A stretch of 64,000 nucleotides of DNA, taken from the NCBI GenBank assembly GCA_965153355.1, contig OZ231126.1:40362001-40426000 (forward strand). The letters run 5' to 3'. Of the stretch, positions 1 to 13,212 are shown in pieces. This DNA comes from Flaccisagitta enflata. Its lineage: Eukaryota. Position 1 is the stretch's first letter, and the number at the start of each line of letters is the position of its first letter. The position numbers and the translations under genes are program-made. Below the pieces are notes generated by a model. The model did not search any database. It was not told the DNA's origin and saw nothing but the letters and a program-made list of their open reading frames with translations.

Positions 1-550
1 CAAGGATCGCACATGGTCAGCGGTACCCGATGCCCTGCTTGGAGTGATCAAGTGAAGAAGTGGAAAGAGAGCAGGGCAGCGGCCCCAAAGGGCCGATGTC
101 CTGTAGGACACAGGGGGGAATTTCCAGACGTCCTGAGATACAGATGGCTGATTTGAGGCCTGGAGGGCTGAAAAGAGGTCTTGGGGCAGATTTGAGGTCA
201 TGAGGGAAGATTTGAGCTCTGGAGAGCAGATTTGAGGACTGGAGGGCTAATTTGAGGCCTGGATGGCTAATTTGAGGCCTTGAGGCCAGATTTGAAGTCC
301 GAATCAAATTTGAGGTCAGAGGGCAGATTTGAGGCCTGGAGGACAGATTTAGGTGATTTTGGCTGGAGAGCCTATCAGGCCTGACAGGCTTGTTCTGCCT
401 GGGCGTGGAGGCAAAAACAGGCCTGAGATGCTGGTTTAGGTCCCTGGGGGGGACTGACTGGACGGACGGAAGGACGGACGGAAGGACGGACGTCTGGAAA
501 TTCCCCCCTGTGTCCTACAGGACATCGGCCCTTTGGGGCCGCTGCCCAAA
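1..550 (+). mobile_element. Non-autonomous interspersed element, family 2 (HINE/pearl-like), with subterminal inverted repeats, internal ~21-bp tandem repeats and a (GGAC)n tract; left end probably cut by the window edge
   Basis: GGGCAGCGGCCCCAAAGGGCCGATGTCCTGTAGGACACAGGGGG (~73-118) is inverted at ~503-547. Internal GATTTGAGGCCTGGAGGGC repeats. Related copies at 29401-29850, ~41990-42480 and 55692-56390. Confidence 0.7.
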
Positions 551-849
551 AGGAAACTAAGAAAAATTTGAGTGAAAATGAATGATTTCAATTTGATACT
601 TTTTTTTCAAATTAATATAGCTTCTACAGTTTTCAAGTTAGAATTTCGTTCGACGACTCAAATGAAAGATTTTTTGAAGTTCTTTAAAATGGTCATAGAG
701 TTTATGTACTTTCTCAAAAGTTACACCAACTTAAGGTAGAAATAGGCAATGTGCGATTTTGTTTTGCCCATGATTAGTCTTCCGCACTTATACGTGAGTG
801 AGAGAAAGGAAATAATTGTCCGTGTGTGTGTCTGTGTTTGTGTGATCGC

Positions 850-916
<67 letters not shown>

Positions 917-1015
917 GTTTAAGTATTTCATGGTCGAGTATATCTCATTCCTCACCGTTCCATGACTTCAAGATGTGTACGTGTGTGTGTGTATGTGTGT
1001 GTATGTGTATGTGTA

Positions 1016-1086
<71 letters not shown>

Positions 1087-1901
1087 CTGTCTGTCTGTTT
1101 TGTATTTAAGTATTTCATGGTTGAGTATCTCTCTTTCCTCACCTTTCCATGACTTCAAGATCCGATGTATTTTTTATTTTCTTTCTTTTTTTTTTTCTAG
1201 TCAGGGACGCTTTGACACTTTTTCCGTTTTCCTTCAGGCAGAAAGTTTTGTCTTTCCAACTTTATTTCCGATTTCACGTACTACATATAATTTCATCGTC
1301 GCAAGAGATAACGTCATTCCACAAGACAAATTGTCTTTCTATCGCCGCACGACTGGGTGTCATTTAGTTCCAATTCCAAAAGACCGATTGTCGTTCTTGT
1401 GCCGTAGAACAGATAGTCGTTCAAACGCAATGAGAGTAAATGTCATTTCAATTCCGCAAGAAGGATTTTCATTTTATAGGTGCAGGACTGAACACTATTC
1501 CGACGCATGAGGCCGATTGTCGATTGCCGATTGTCAGCCTCATAGGACCGAACATTTGTTAATTTGGCAATGCTGCAGTACCGATAGTTATTCCGTTTTC
1601 GCCGGGCAGAATGTCATTTTAACGCCATGAACTTGATGAGACCGATCATTTATCCAAATTGTCGAGACTGATTGTCATTTCAATATCGATGCGCGATGTT
1701 TTCTGAAAAAATATGAGCAAGTACAGTAGGAAGTACAGTACAACAGTACCGTACAGTACAGTTGGAAGTACAGCAAGTACAGTACAGTACTGTAGGAAAT
1801 CCGTATAAGTGATGAAATGGAAAATACGTTGACAATGTCGTAAAAGACGGGAGGAAAACCGTTCGTGACTGGATTGCCGAGTATCCGGCCTTGTTTTAAT
1901 T

Positions 1902-2055
1902 AACAAGGCCGGATACACGGCCACCAGTTGCGGGTGGGCAGGGGCGGGAATGAGTTTTCCCACTTTTCAACTCAAGCGTGACGGACCGACCAACCAACCG
2001 ACCGACGGACAGACGGACAAAGCCTCTTTTAGAGTTGCATGTCCGCAACTAGAAA
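1902..2055. mobile_element. HINE/DINE-1-like interspersed element, family 1 (representative; roughly 20 copies in the window)
   Basis: One end AACAAGGCCGGATACACGG..GGGTGGGCAGGGGC, internal (GACC/GACG/GACA)n, other end a hairpin AGTTGCATGTCCGCAACT followed by an A-run. Other copies near 4272, 6499, 7434, 10679, 13757, 14907, 25068, 28239, 31810, 33705, 40947, 43070, 44304, 48778, 50477, 51411-51930, 53370, 54319 and 63405. The Helentron-associated class is inferred from architecture. Confidence 0.75.
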
Positions 2056-2994
2056 TTAGACGGCGAAAAAATTTATGTTTGTTGTTTTGTTTTTTTTTTC
2101 TCCCCAAGAGAGTCTATGAAATTGTAAATAGCGCCTGATTAGACCGAAAATAGGAAAATAGGAATTAATGTTTAAAGCGAGTATGTCCGTCCTTCCAAAA
2201 GACAAAGTGTAAAAAAAAACAAGGCAAAGACGACGACGAACGACGACGACCAATCGTAGAATTGGCGCGCAAGCAGAAGAAATACGACATGACGTAATCG
2301 CGATGAACTATGTACCCCAAGACGGATCGAACGTCGCAGACTTTCTTCTTATATCATCGAACGCCAGCTGGAGAGCCGGTCGGTAAGCCTATGGAGGGGC
2401 CAGTCAGAGAGCTAGCCGGTAAGCCTCGAGCAACGATTGGTCCTGCTCTGCCTAGGGTAACCGCAGCTTCATCGCTCTAAGCGGCATTCGTAATCGCACC
2501 GTGCTCCGGGTCCTGCTGAACTGAGAAGGAAGGAGGCAGATTTTGCGCGGAGCGCGAGGTCGAGGGAAAAAGATACAGATAGCAAGAAGAAAGAAGGAAA
2601 GAAGATAGAAGCCGTCCCCTAGGTCCGTGTACAACAAGTAGAACAAAAGCAAAGGGATAAAAAAGGCAGATCGTGACATGGCGAAAAATCTATATCTGAA
2701 TGAGAATACTCACCAATACGTAGTTTCTGATGATTACTTCTTTAATCTGAACTAAGGGATGTAGCCTGAGATTGGATTTGTATGTTTGTGAGTGGACACA
2801 TACACTATCCAGAAATAATTCAGCTTTTGCATTGTTAGTCGCGGTCACATGACTTTAAAACTTGCTCTGTCGGTCAGTCGGTTGGCCAGGTCACATTTTT
2901 TAATTCCAGGCGGTTTCGACATTACTAACCCTGCCCCTGCCCCCCCCCCCATCCGCGACTCAGGGGAGTGCATACTGCCCAATTGATGACAGAT

Positions 2995-3556
2995 TAGTAG
3001 ATGTCGTTCCAGACTTAACATGAGAATCTTTACAACAGTAATATCAAATGAATCTTAAAACACTGATATTTGAAATATAAATCATTAATGCACATTATTT
3101 ATTTGATGATAGAAAAGAGCTGTTATACACATTTACATATTCATTTTAAGTATTTCATTTATAATTGAGGAACATTATTTAAAATAGAATTTGCCACAAC
3201 TTTCCCGCAATATCTTCTGCAAGAATATTGCCTGCTTATGCTTGCCAGAGCATCACAGTGGCTGTCACACATTACAGCATGTCATAGTTATGCTCCTTGG
3301 GCAATGGCTAATCAAGGATATTTTACAGAAATATACAAGACAATGTTATAGCAAATTTTATTTTAAACATTTGCCCTCTCAAAAATTTTCAAAATATTGA
3401 TACTTTAGCTTGAATATGGAAATCTGTTTCTTAGCACAAAACACCCATAGCAACAGAAGGATCTCACAGTTTAAACCAAACATCAGTCTCTTTTGCACTT
3501 TATCTTCTCCTAAATATGAATTCTCCTGTATTTCCAAGTCTAGATTATATCTACTG
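2995..3556. mobile_element. Diverged palindromic MITE, present only in duplication copy 1
   Basis: Ends AGTAGATGTCGTTCCAGACTT / AAGTCTAGATTATATCTACTG. Core AATTTGCCACAACTTTCCCGCAATATCTTCTGCAAGAATATTG resembles the elements at 47614 and 50790. Confidence 0.6.
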
Positions 3557-3777
3557 TAACTGTTTGAACTACATTTTTTCACTATTTATTGCACGTTTTT
3601 ACGAAAAAAAAAATTGAACCCATTTCAATATTTTGAGACTGGCATTTTTGGGCATTAGAAAACAATAATTGTCCCAGAGAAGGAGTGGGAAATGTCCATA
3701 TAGAAATTGATAACTCCTATAATTCTTTCCCTCAAAGCAAAAAGATGAGAAATGGGTTATGATGGAAGAGAATGGGG

Positions 3778-3873
<96 letters not shown>

Positions 3874-4536
3874 TAAAGAGACGTAGAGATATAGAGAAAA
3901 GGATGGAATTCTGACAGATTTGATGTTCAACGTCATTTTCCATTATGAGATGGTTTGAAGACACAAAAGGAGAAGAGAAAAAGAATGGAAAGACGATGGG
4001 AACTGAGCAGCAAAAATGGGCAAAAAAATCAGCGTGAGGAAAACCGGGCTGAAAGAAATCAGCCTAAAGAAAATCAGCACGTAGAAATTCTGCTTGAGGA
4101 AAATCAGCATGAGGTAACTTCACTGATCGCAGCGGAAAAGTTCTGACAGTGACAATTTGGCCGATGATACAGGACTCTCTTTTAAAACTATAAGTAGTTA
4201 ACATTTCCAGTCAGGAATCCTATTTTGCATGCGTGCGACTATAATTATAAAGGTCGAAAAAATATATAATTAACAAGGCTGCCCCAGTCGCGTGCGAGTG
4301 GGCAGGGGCTGTATTCGAGGTCACTTGATCATTTGGGCAGGAGCAGTGAGGCCAAAGACAGCAAAAACCCAAAAAAGGAAAGTGTGACAAATGGATCGAC
4401 GGACGGACCGACGAACAGATGGATGAATGGACCGACCGACCGACAAAGCGGGGTGTAGAGTCGGTTAGCATGCGACTAAAAATGCTCGATGAACTTACTC
4501 TGATTGGTTCGAACAAAGTGATTTGTAAAAAAATTT

Positions 4537-4613
<77 letters not shown>

Positions 4614-4970
4614 GGTTGTGGCTTTTGGGACAAGCGGAACTTGCGGCTGGAGCTGAGGCACAAGCAGAAATTATAGCTGGGTGTGTTTTGCATTAGGTCT
4701 GGCGTCACCTGCATGGAGAGGCCGTCTGCCCACACATTTGACGTTATCATCGACAACAACTGAACAAGGTTGCGTATACAAACGACATTGTTAGTTGTTT
4801 CCAAAGGGATCTTGGACTCTTTCATGAGTAAGTAGTAATGTTAGGTAATCGACACCGCTTTGATAGTTTAGGAATTATTTTCTTATCTTTAATTCTTTCT
4901 ACACAAAACAGCGCCTCTTAAGCATGCACCATTGTCTGTCACCATCTCTGTCTCTGTCTGTCTGTCTGTC

Positions 4971-5052
<82 letters not shown>

Positions 5053-5059
5053 TATATAT

Positions 5060-5114
<55 letters not shown>

Positions 5115-5130
5115 TATATACATATATATA

Positions 5131-5218
<88 letters not shown>

Positions 5219-5689
5219 CTCCCATATGTTATTACGGCTAGTTTTTTTCCGCCATTTTCCTTTTTTTTGTAGGGCGCGCGCGAGATGTGAATGCGGGCGT
5301 GAGTCTACAAACGAAAAAAGAAATATGTCTTAAATGAACCGCTCATTCGCTCGCTTTATATGTTTGCTTGCAACAACTCTACGCTGCTTACTTTCTCCTC
5401 AACGCTTTGCTTTGCCATGTTCTCTGTGCTTGCTTGTTCAATTCTTAAGCTCACTCATTCACTTTGCTCACTCCCTAGTTAATCAGTTAAGAGGGAGGAA
5501 AAGAAACATTTATATGAAATATGATATAACGAGACAATTAGACAATGAAGCAAACATTAGTGGAAACACTCTCTCAGCGCGTGATCAATTGAGCATGAAA
5601 TCAAATGGCAAAAGTAGAAAAGAAAAGTCGCGCGCTCAAACCAAATCTCGCGCGATTCGTTTTCCCCCTCAAGAGATTTGCGTCATGGA

Positions 5690-6880
5690 GAAAAAAGGGT
5701 CTAATTGCCCGGAATCTGAGGTTTAAAAACAGGCCTACACAAAGGGGCTGTTCATGTTGAGGAGAAAAAAAACCTAATTGCCCGGAATCTGAGGTTTGAA
5801 AACAGGTCTTCACAAAGGGGCTGATCATGTTGGGAGGAAAAAGAGCCCAATTGCCCAAGATCTGAGGTTTGAAAACAGGTCTACACGAAAAAGTTGTTCA
5901 TGTCAGAGGAAAAAGAGCCCAATTGCTCGGAATCTGAGGTTTAAGAACAGGTCTACACAAAAAGGCTGTGCGCCTTGGGGGGAAAAAGAACCTAATTGCC
6001 CAGAATCTGAGGTTTGAAAACAGGTCTACACAAAGGGGCCATTTACGTTGGAGGAAGAAAATCTCAGGTTTGAAAACAGGTCTACACAAAAGGGTTGTTG
6101 ATGTTGGGGGGAAAAAGAGCCTAAATGCCTGGAATCTTAGGTTTGAAAACAGGTCAACAGAAAAGGTCTGTTCACAATTGGGGGACAAAGAGCCTTATTG
6201 CCTGGAATCTGAGGTTTGAAAACAGGTCTTCATTTTGCACAAAAAGGCCTTCCACATTGCAATGCAAATAAAGGCCATAATTACCAAAAATCTGAGATTT
6301 GAAAATAGGTATACACAAAGAGGCTGTTCATATTGGGAAAAAACAGACTCTTTTTAATTGGAAACTGAGATCTGAAAACAAGTTTATACAAAGGGCCCGT
6401 TCACATCAAGGAGATTGAAAGCCTGATTTTCCAGAATTTGAGATTTTGAGACAGGTCGACACTAAGCTTAAAGAAGCTGTTCACATTGGAGAAAAAACAA
6501 AGCCATATACACGGGTGCCTAAGTCGCGTGAGGGTGGGCAGGGGCAGTGATGAAATAGACCAATGAGGCCGTTGGGCAGAAGCGGTAACACAAAAACCAT
6601 CTATAAATGCCAAAAAAGCAAAATGTGACCGACCAACGGACACAGCAAGTTATAGAGTTGCGTGGACACGACTAAAAACAGCCTAATTACCCGGAATTTG
6701 AGCTTTGAAAATAGATCTGCACAAAGAGGCTGTTCACATCAAGTAAAAAAAGAGTCTGAGGTTTAAAAACAGATCTTCATGAAGGAGCTGATCACGATAG
6801 TAAAAAAAGAGCAAAATTGCGTAGATTCGGAGGTTTTTAAACAGGTCTACACAGAGGGTCTGTTGATATTGGGCAAAAAT
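5690..6880. repeat. ~73-bp tandem minisatellite interrupted by a family-1 element (~6499-6677)
   Basis: AATTGCCCGGAATCTGAGGTTTGAAAACAGGTCTACACAAA recurs at ~5703, 5776, 5849, 5921 and 5994, and onward with increasing divergence. Confidence 0.9.
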
Positions 6881-6965
6881 GATGTAGAAGTAAAAAGAAA
6901 AGTAGAAAACTGCCGAAAAATGTCACCTACATGCCTACCTTAAGACTTACCGACAAAAATGTCAA

Positions 6966-7217
6966 TGGGCTCGCTACGTTTGTTCCCTCGCACCGCTCAC
7001 TCGTTCTGCTCACTTGCTCCGCTCACTCACTCTGCTCACTCGCTCCGCAGCGCTCCGCTTCGCTACGCTCGCTTCGCTCGCTCGCTCCGTTCACGGGCTC
7101 GCTCACTCACTTCGCTCACTCCCTCGTGGGACAGTTGAAATTCTTGAATATGTGTTCACGCTGTGATCGCGTTTCATAGGAACAAACGCGGTTTTCATCT
7201 TCACTAGAAACACGCCC
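6966..7217 (-). mobile_element. MITE, GGGCGTGTTTCTAGT-terminus family (partial)
   Basis: ACTAGAAACACGCCC terminus and (CGCT/CACT)n interior shared with 9116-9350 and 12960-13212. Confidence 0.65.
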
Positions 7218-7662
7218 ACTTTTGCATACGGAAGAGAGAAACGGGTTCTAGTCACACTCACTCATTGGGAAACCAACATATGTTTTTGATTGTCCGAGTC
7301 GGCAAAGAATTTTGACAGCATAGAAAAATGAAAACTCGGTTATTTGATCGTTTCATTAGCATCTTAAGTTTGGCAATGTAGTTTGTCTCGGCAAACTATA
7401 CCATCTCGAAGAAAACGAAACAAGCTAAAACTAAACAAGGCCGGATACACGGCCATCAGTTGCAGACGGGTGAGCAGGGGCGGAAATGCAACTGTCCGCA
7501 ACTAAAAATGTTCTAAAACGCTCATTTCCTCACTTTTCGACTCGTGTCCACGGACCAACCAACCAACCGACCAACCAACCAACCAACGGACCGACCGGAC
7601 GGACAAAGCCTCTTATAGAGTTGCGTGTCTGCAACTAAAAAGATGGTTATGTATGTGTTTAC

Positions 7663-7860
7663 CTATTTCTTTTACAGCCAGACAGACAAAAAACGGCTTA
7701 ACAATATTTACAAAATCGGAAAGCAATTTAGCCAACAGCAAGTGGCCACTTGGGTATTTACAAAACCCATTAAGTTGTTGTAAATGGACATTTCGGCTAC
7801 GATTTGTATCGGAGAGACACCGGGCTCTTACTCTTAGATACCGGCCAGGAATTCTAAAGT
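7663..7860 (-). CDS. Putative internal coding exon (198 bp, phase 1-1) of an unidentified gene
   Basis: (CT)n-CCAG acceptor and AG|GTAAAC donor. Length is a multiple of 3 with one open frame (FRIPGRYLRVRARC...VKEI). No recognisable domain. Confidence 0.3.
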
Positions 7861-7861
7861 C

Positions 7862-7948
<87 letters not shown>

Positions 7949-8040
7949 GAGAGAGAAGAGACAGACAGACAGATCAGACAGACAGAGAGACCGACAGAGA
8001 GACAGACAGACAGAGACGAAGACAGACAGACAGACAGACC

Positions 8041-8085
<45 letters not shown>

Positions 8086-9115
8086 GGCAGAGACAGACAG
8101 GCAGAGACACAGACAGACTGACACAGAGACAGACAGACAGACACAAACAGATAAACATACAGAGCGAGAGGGAAAGGAATATATAGAAACATAACTCGAA
8201 ATCGCCCCGTTTACGAGTTTTTGGAAATACTATTTGCATCAGAATTTCGACCAATGTTGGAGTGACCTCCTTCAATTATTGTTGCCCATTTCCTTTTAGA
8301 GGCACTTGGTCAGGGCCGGTTCTCCAAAAGCCTCATCTCGTGTGTCTGTCCGGTCTTCGTCTGTCTTCGGCCGGTCCGTATGTCTGTCCTTCTGTTTCTT
8401 GTAGCACTATTCATTCCTAGAACTCATTTAATCAACTTTGAAGTCCTTCAGAGCGTGTCCAAATTTTTCTTGTTGTAAAAAGTGTAGAGTCTAAAAGCAG
8501 ATGGCTGATGAAAATTGATCCGATAAATATCGGATTAATAAATATCGGATTAAATCCCATTCGAACGAGATTCATGAGTTCCAGATACAGTATGTTTTTT
8601 CTGCAATGCACCAAAAGAAACCTATATATCTCTGCTCCTGAGCATCGTAGCCAGATGCGGATTGCACCATTGGAAAGAGCGCCAAAAACTATTTTAAATA
8701 CGTTTTTTTCTGATATTTATATCCATCATAAAATTACCTTGCCACACCGCCACCGGGTAGACAGACAGTGAGATAGGCAGACAGACAAGCAGGCAGACAG
8801 ACAGACAGACTCAAAGATAAATTTAAAGACAAACAGGTGGACTGATTCCTCCTGTAATAACAAGGCAAAGACCAGCCCATAAATTGAGACATGCGGGAAA
8901 CCAATGCTGACATGAAAAGCCACGACCAGACAAAGACAGACAAACAGACAGACAAATAGATAGATAAAAAGATAAACTGACAGACCGACACAAACAAAAA
9001 GACAAACAGCTGGACAGATTCCTCCTGAAATAACAAGACAAAGACCAGCCCATAAATTGAGACAGGCCGCAAACCAAAGCTGACGTACAAAGCCATATCC
9101 AGACAAAGACAGAGA

Positions 9116-9350
9116 GGGCGTGTTTCTAGTGAAGACGAAAAACGCGTTTGTTCCCGTGAAACGCGATAACAGTGTGAACACATGTTAAAGAATTTAGTTT
9201 GTCGCGAGTGGCCGAAGTAGTGAAGCGAAAGCCCGTGAACAGGCGAAGCGAGCGAAGCAGCAATATGGCGAAGCGCTGCGGCGGTAGCGGGAAGTGGCGA
9301 TACGGCAACGGGCAACGTAGTGAGCGACCGAGTGGCCCTTTCAAAACGCG
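9116..9350 (+). mobile_element. Truncated MITE of the GGGCGTGTTTCTAGT family, flanked by a 28-bp direct duplication
   Basis: Left terminus intact, right terminus missing. AAAGCCATATCCAGACAAAGACAGAGAG at 9089-9116 and 9351-9378. Confidence 0.7.
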
Positions 9351-11517
9351 AAAGCCATATCCAGACAAAGACAGAGAGTCTGGGAAAGATTCTAGGTTGA
9401 CGTGATATACGGCAACCTTCCCACCAAAAAAGGAATATTTCGTAATGACGTCCGGGGATGTCGGCTGTGAGGAGGAAGAGGAAGAGGAGAGTGAAGAGGA
9501 GGAGGAGAAGGAAGAGTATAACAAGTAGGAGGAGGTGAAGGAAGAGGAGAAACCTCGTAATGTACAACGAACAATTACATAAAAACGCCCATAAATCCTG
9601 GCAAGTATGACTACTGCTACTATTGTGTAAGCCGCCTCCGTCTCCTGTCTCCGCTGCCGCCACCACCGCCGCCGCCGCTGCCGCCACCTCTGCCGCTTCC
9701 GTCGCCGCCGCCACCGCCGCCTCTGCCGCTTCCGTCGCCGCTGCCGCCATCGTTGTTTCTGCGGCCGCCTTCTCCACTGTCACCTGTCGCCACCATCACT
9801 ATCACCGTCACCGTTTCCGCAACCACCCATTATCAAGGAGAAACCCATGTTTATCATCTATTTTCTTTTTCTCGTATCTATGAGTAGCTGTTTTTTTTTA
9901 CTCCTGTCGGTTTTTTTTTTTTTTTTGGCATTTCACCTTTTGCAATAATTTTTGCGCCTGTGTCTCTTTTATGTGCGTCCTTACACATCTATAAGTGGAT
10001 AATTCTGTCTTCGGTTGGTTGGTTGATCGGTCTGTCTTTTGGTTTTTCAAGCAGACGTCGAAATCTGGCAACACTGCCGAATTTGGCTGTTTTCTTTGTT
10101 CCTGTAACCAAACATGCCCTCCGGCTTTTATTTTCTTTCAGTCGTTCATTCATATTTGCATTCATTTATTCATTAAAAACGTTCATTCATTAAAAACATT
10201 TAGTCATTGGTAAAGGTTTTTTTAACAGAAACGCTCATGCATACATTCTTAATCAGCGAGGCGCACATATTGGCCATAACTTGGCCTTGTTCCCTAAATA
10301 AACTTAATTCCTAAACTCAACCAAAAATGACATTGCGGCCATGATTTCGTGTCTATTTTCATATTTAGGTCTACTTCTCGACCCCCCCCCCCTCCCCTTC
10401 GCGACCTTTGTTCCTTCCTGCCTGCTCTTGTCATTATTCTTACGTTAAGGTCTGTTATTCTGCCATCTACAACCAGGTCTTGACTTTTACTTGCTTGATA
10501 TTGCCCATATTTTTTTCTGGTGGTACTTTTCCTCTGCGCCTTCGCCATCCCCGCAATTTCTAGGCGTTCTACTACATTCCATTTTCGTTCAATTCTTAAT
10601 CCATTTCTCTCTAATTTCCTAGCGTTATGTTAGGCTGTTTATGTCGGCTCGTCTACATCGATCGTTGAAAATGCATAAACAAGGCCAACACATCTAAGTC
10701 GCGTGCGGTCGTCAAGACTAAAAGTCTAAAAGTTGAAATGTAAAATTACTTAAAATGACTTAGTATGACGTAAAACAGCATAAAAACTAAGCAAACCCGA
10801 TAGACGGATCGACAGACAGACGGACCGACAGATGGACTGAGCGGGTCATAGAGTCACGTGCACGCGACTAAAAAGGATTGCCTAGCCTAATTCTCACGTG
10901 CTGTTCAAAAACATCGAAATCTAAAACTTGTTGTCGCTTTGTCTTTCTGTCTTTCTGTCCCGCTATCCCACCATCTCTCTGTCTATATGTTTTGCTGTCA
11001 TTTTAATACCTTGGTATGAATCTTTCAACTTTTTCCTGTCTTGGTCTGCCTCTCTGGCAGCCCATCTCATTTTCGTCATCATTTCCTCTTTTTTGCATTA
11101 GGGCTGCAATCTATCTCTGTCTCTGTCTCTGTCTCTGTCTCTGTCTCTGTCTTTGTCTCTATCCCTATCTCTGTCTCACCTGAGATTTGGGGTTGCATCT
11201 GCAGTAAGGCCTCCCAAGACATAGGCTGTGACAACAGCTGTCTGTCTCTGTCTCTGTCTCCGTCTTTATCTCTATCCCTGTCTCTCTGTCTCTCTATCTC
11301 TGTCTCTGTCTCCATCTCACCTGGGATTTGGGGTCGCATTTGCAGTAAGGCCTTCCGGGACATAGGCTGTAACAACAGCTGTTTATTTCTGTCTCTGTCT
11401 CTGTCTCTGTCTCCATTTCAGTCTCTGTCTCTATCCCTGTCTCCATTTCAGTCTCTGTCTCTATCCCTGTCTCTCTGTCTCTCTGTCTCTCTGTTTCTGT
11501 CTCTGTCTCCATCTCAC

Positions 11518-11652
11518 CTGGGATTTGGGGTCGCATTTGCAGTAAGGCCTTCCGGGGCATGGGCTGCAGTCGATGTTGTCTTCAGGGAGTGCCATCGGGG
11601 ACAAAGGCACGGAGCACAGAAGCAAACAAAAGAGCAACAAACTGAATGACAT
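11518..11652 (-). CDS. Putative first coding exon: signal peptide plus Cys-rich N-terminal cap (LRR-NT-like)
   Basis: ACAATG start. Reads MSFSLLLFCLLLCSVPLSPMALPEDNIDCSPCPGRPYCKCDPKSQ (45 codons), ending at a CAG|GTGAGA donor. Confidence 0.45.
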
Positions 11653-12137
11653 TGTTAACCCGCCGCCGCCGCTGCCACCGCCGCCGCCGCCGCTGCCGCC
11701 ACCGCTACCACCACCGCTACCACCACCACCATGTGTACGCCATCTTTGTCCTCGTTGCTGTCTTCCCTTTCGACTTTTCTGTAGCCATTTGTGTTGTCTA
11801 TGTTGTTTTTGTCCTTGTTGTTGTTGTTGTTGATGTTGTTTTTGTTGATGTTTTGGTATGATCAGGGCCAAAGGTGCCGTAGGCGTGATTATCGTTAGAC
11901 AATTACGGGGGCGGCGGGAAAGATTTCCGACTGTTGATGAAAACGAGGAGGCGGAGGCGGAAAAGGGGGAAGAGGAGGAGGAGGAGGAGGAGGAGGCGGA
12001 GGTGGAAAAGGGGGACGAGGAGGAGGCGGAGGAGGAGGAGGCCGGGGATGGCGATGACACGGAAAAGGGAGGGGAGGATGCTGGGGAGCGGAAGGTCGGA
12101 TAAGCGTCGTTCCCCAAATGAGCCTTAGGAAGACACC

Positions 12138-12900
12138 GCGATGGTGTCACGGAGGACGCTACAGTAGGAACCCCCGAGGAGCGTGGCGAGGAGAAGGGGG
12201 AGACTGAAGTTGAGGAGAGGGGATGGGCGACTATGGGAGAGTCTGAGTTTGAGGAAAAGGAGGAGAAGGAATGGGAAAGTATGGGGGCGCGATCGCTGAT
12301 ATTTCCTCTTTTTTCCAGCGACATATTCTCTTGGCTATTTTTTTCACATGATGAAAGCAAACTTATACTTAGATGTCGAATTAGATTTTTGAAGAGAGAG
12401 GCATCTGTGTGCATGCACGTATGTGGCCTATCTAAGTTTTTTTCTTCTTTTTTTTAGATTCTTGTGCAGCTGTGTATTTTATATTTCTCAAGTTCTTGTA
12501 CTCTCTCGATTTCAATTCGTTTTTTGTCGCGATGGTGTAACGGAGGGTGCTACAGTAGGAACCCCCGAGGAGCGTGGCGAGGAGAAGGGGGAGACTGAGG
12601 TTGAGGAGAAGGGATGAGCGACTATGGGAGAGTCTGAGCTTGAGGAGAAGGAGAAGGAAAGGGAAAGTATGGGGGCGCGATCGCTGATATTTCCTCTTTT
12701 TTCCAGCGACATATTCTCTTGGCTATTTTTTTCACGTGATGAGGGTTAACTTATATTTAGATGTCGAATTTGATTTTTTGAAGAGAGAAGCGTCTGTGTG
12801 CATGCACGTATGTGGCCTATCTAACTTTTTTTAGATTCTTGTGCAGCTGTGTATTTTATATCCTTCAAATTCTGGTACTCTCTCGATTTCAATTCGTTTT
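12138..12900. repeat. Tandem duplication of ~390 bp (12138-12520 and 12528-12900)
   Basis: CGCGATGGTGT..GTAGGAACCCCCGAGGAGCGTGGCGAGGAG through TTTCAATTCGTTTTTT occurs twice. Confidence 0.9.
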
Positions 12901-12959
12901 TTTTTTTCATCTTCAACGTCGTTATCCAGTCTGGGGGTTGGGTCTTTTCGCGTATTTAT

Positions 12960-13212
12960 GGGCGTGTTTCTAGTGAGCGCCAAAAAAACGTTTGTTCCCG
13001 CGAAACGCGGTGCGGTATGAACATATTCAGAATTTATTTGTCCACGAGGTGGCGGTAAGTGAAGGCGACCCCCGTGAAGACGGAGCGAGCGGCGAGCAGC
13101 TGTGCAGCGAGCTGGCTGGGCGAGTGAGCGAGGGTGAGCGGTGCAGCGAGACAGACATGCGCGCGACCGAGTGGCCCGTTCAAAACGCGATCGTCTTTGA
13201 CTAGAAACGCCC
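12960..13212 (+). mobile_element. Complete MITE with terminal inverted repeats
   Basis: GGGCGTGTTTCTAGT ... ACTAGAAACGCCC. Confidence 0.7.

Larger units (their letters stand above)
547..4900 (+). repeat. Segmental duplication, copy 1
   Basis: Colinear high-identity match to 49186-55680, from AAAAGGAAACTAAGAAAA...GAATGATTTCAATTTG to GGAATTATTTTCTTATCTTTAATT, including shared microsatellite positions. Confidence 0.92.

Noticed and set aside
2255-2630. GC-rich exon-like block in both duplicate copies
   Set aside because: No reading frame is clearly preserved in both copies (indel near 2375 / 52325), so a CDS cannot be supported.
3955-4146. 63-aa ENQ-repeat ORF conserved at 53969-54160
   Set aside because: Conservation is explained by the recent duplication. 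It has a TTG start and no recognisable domain.
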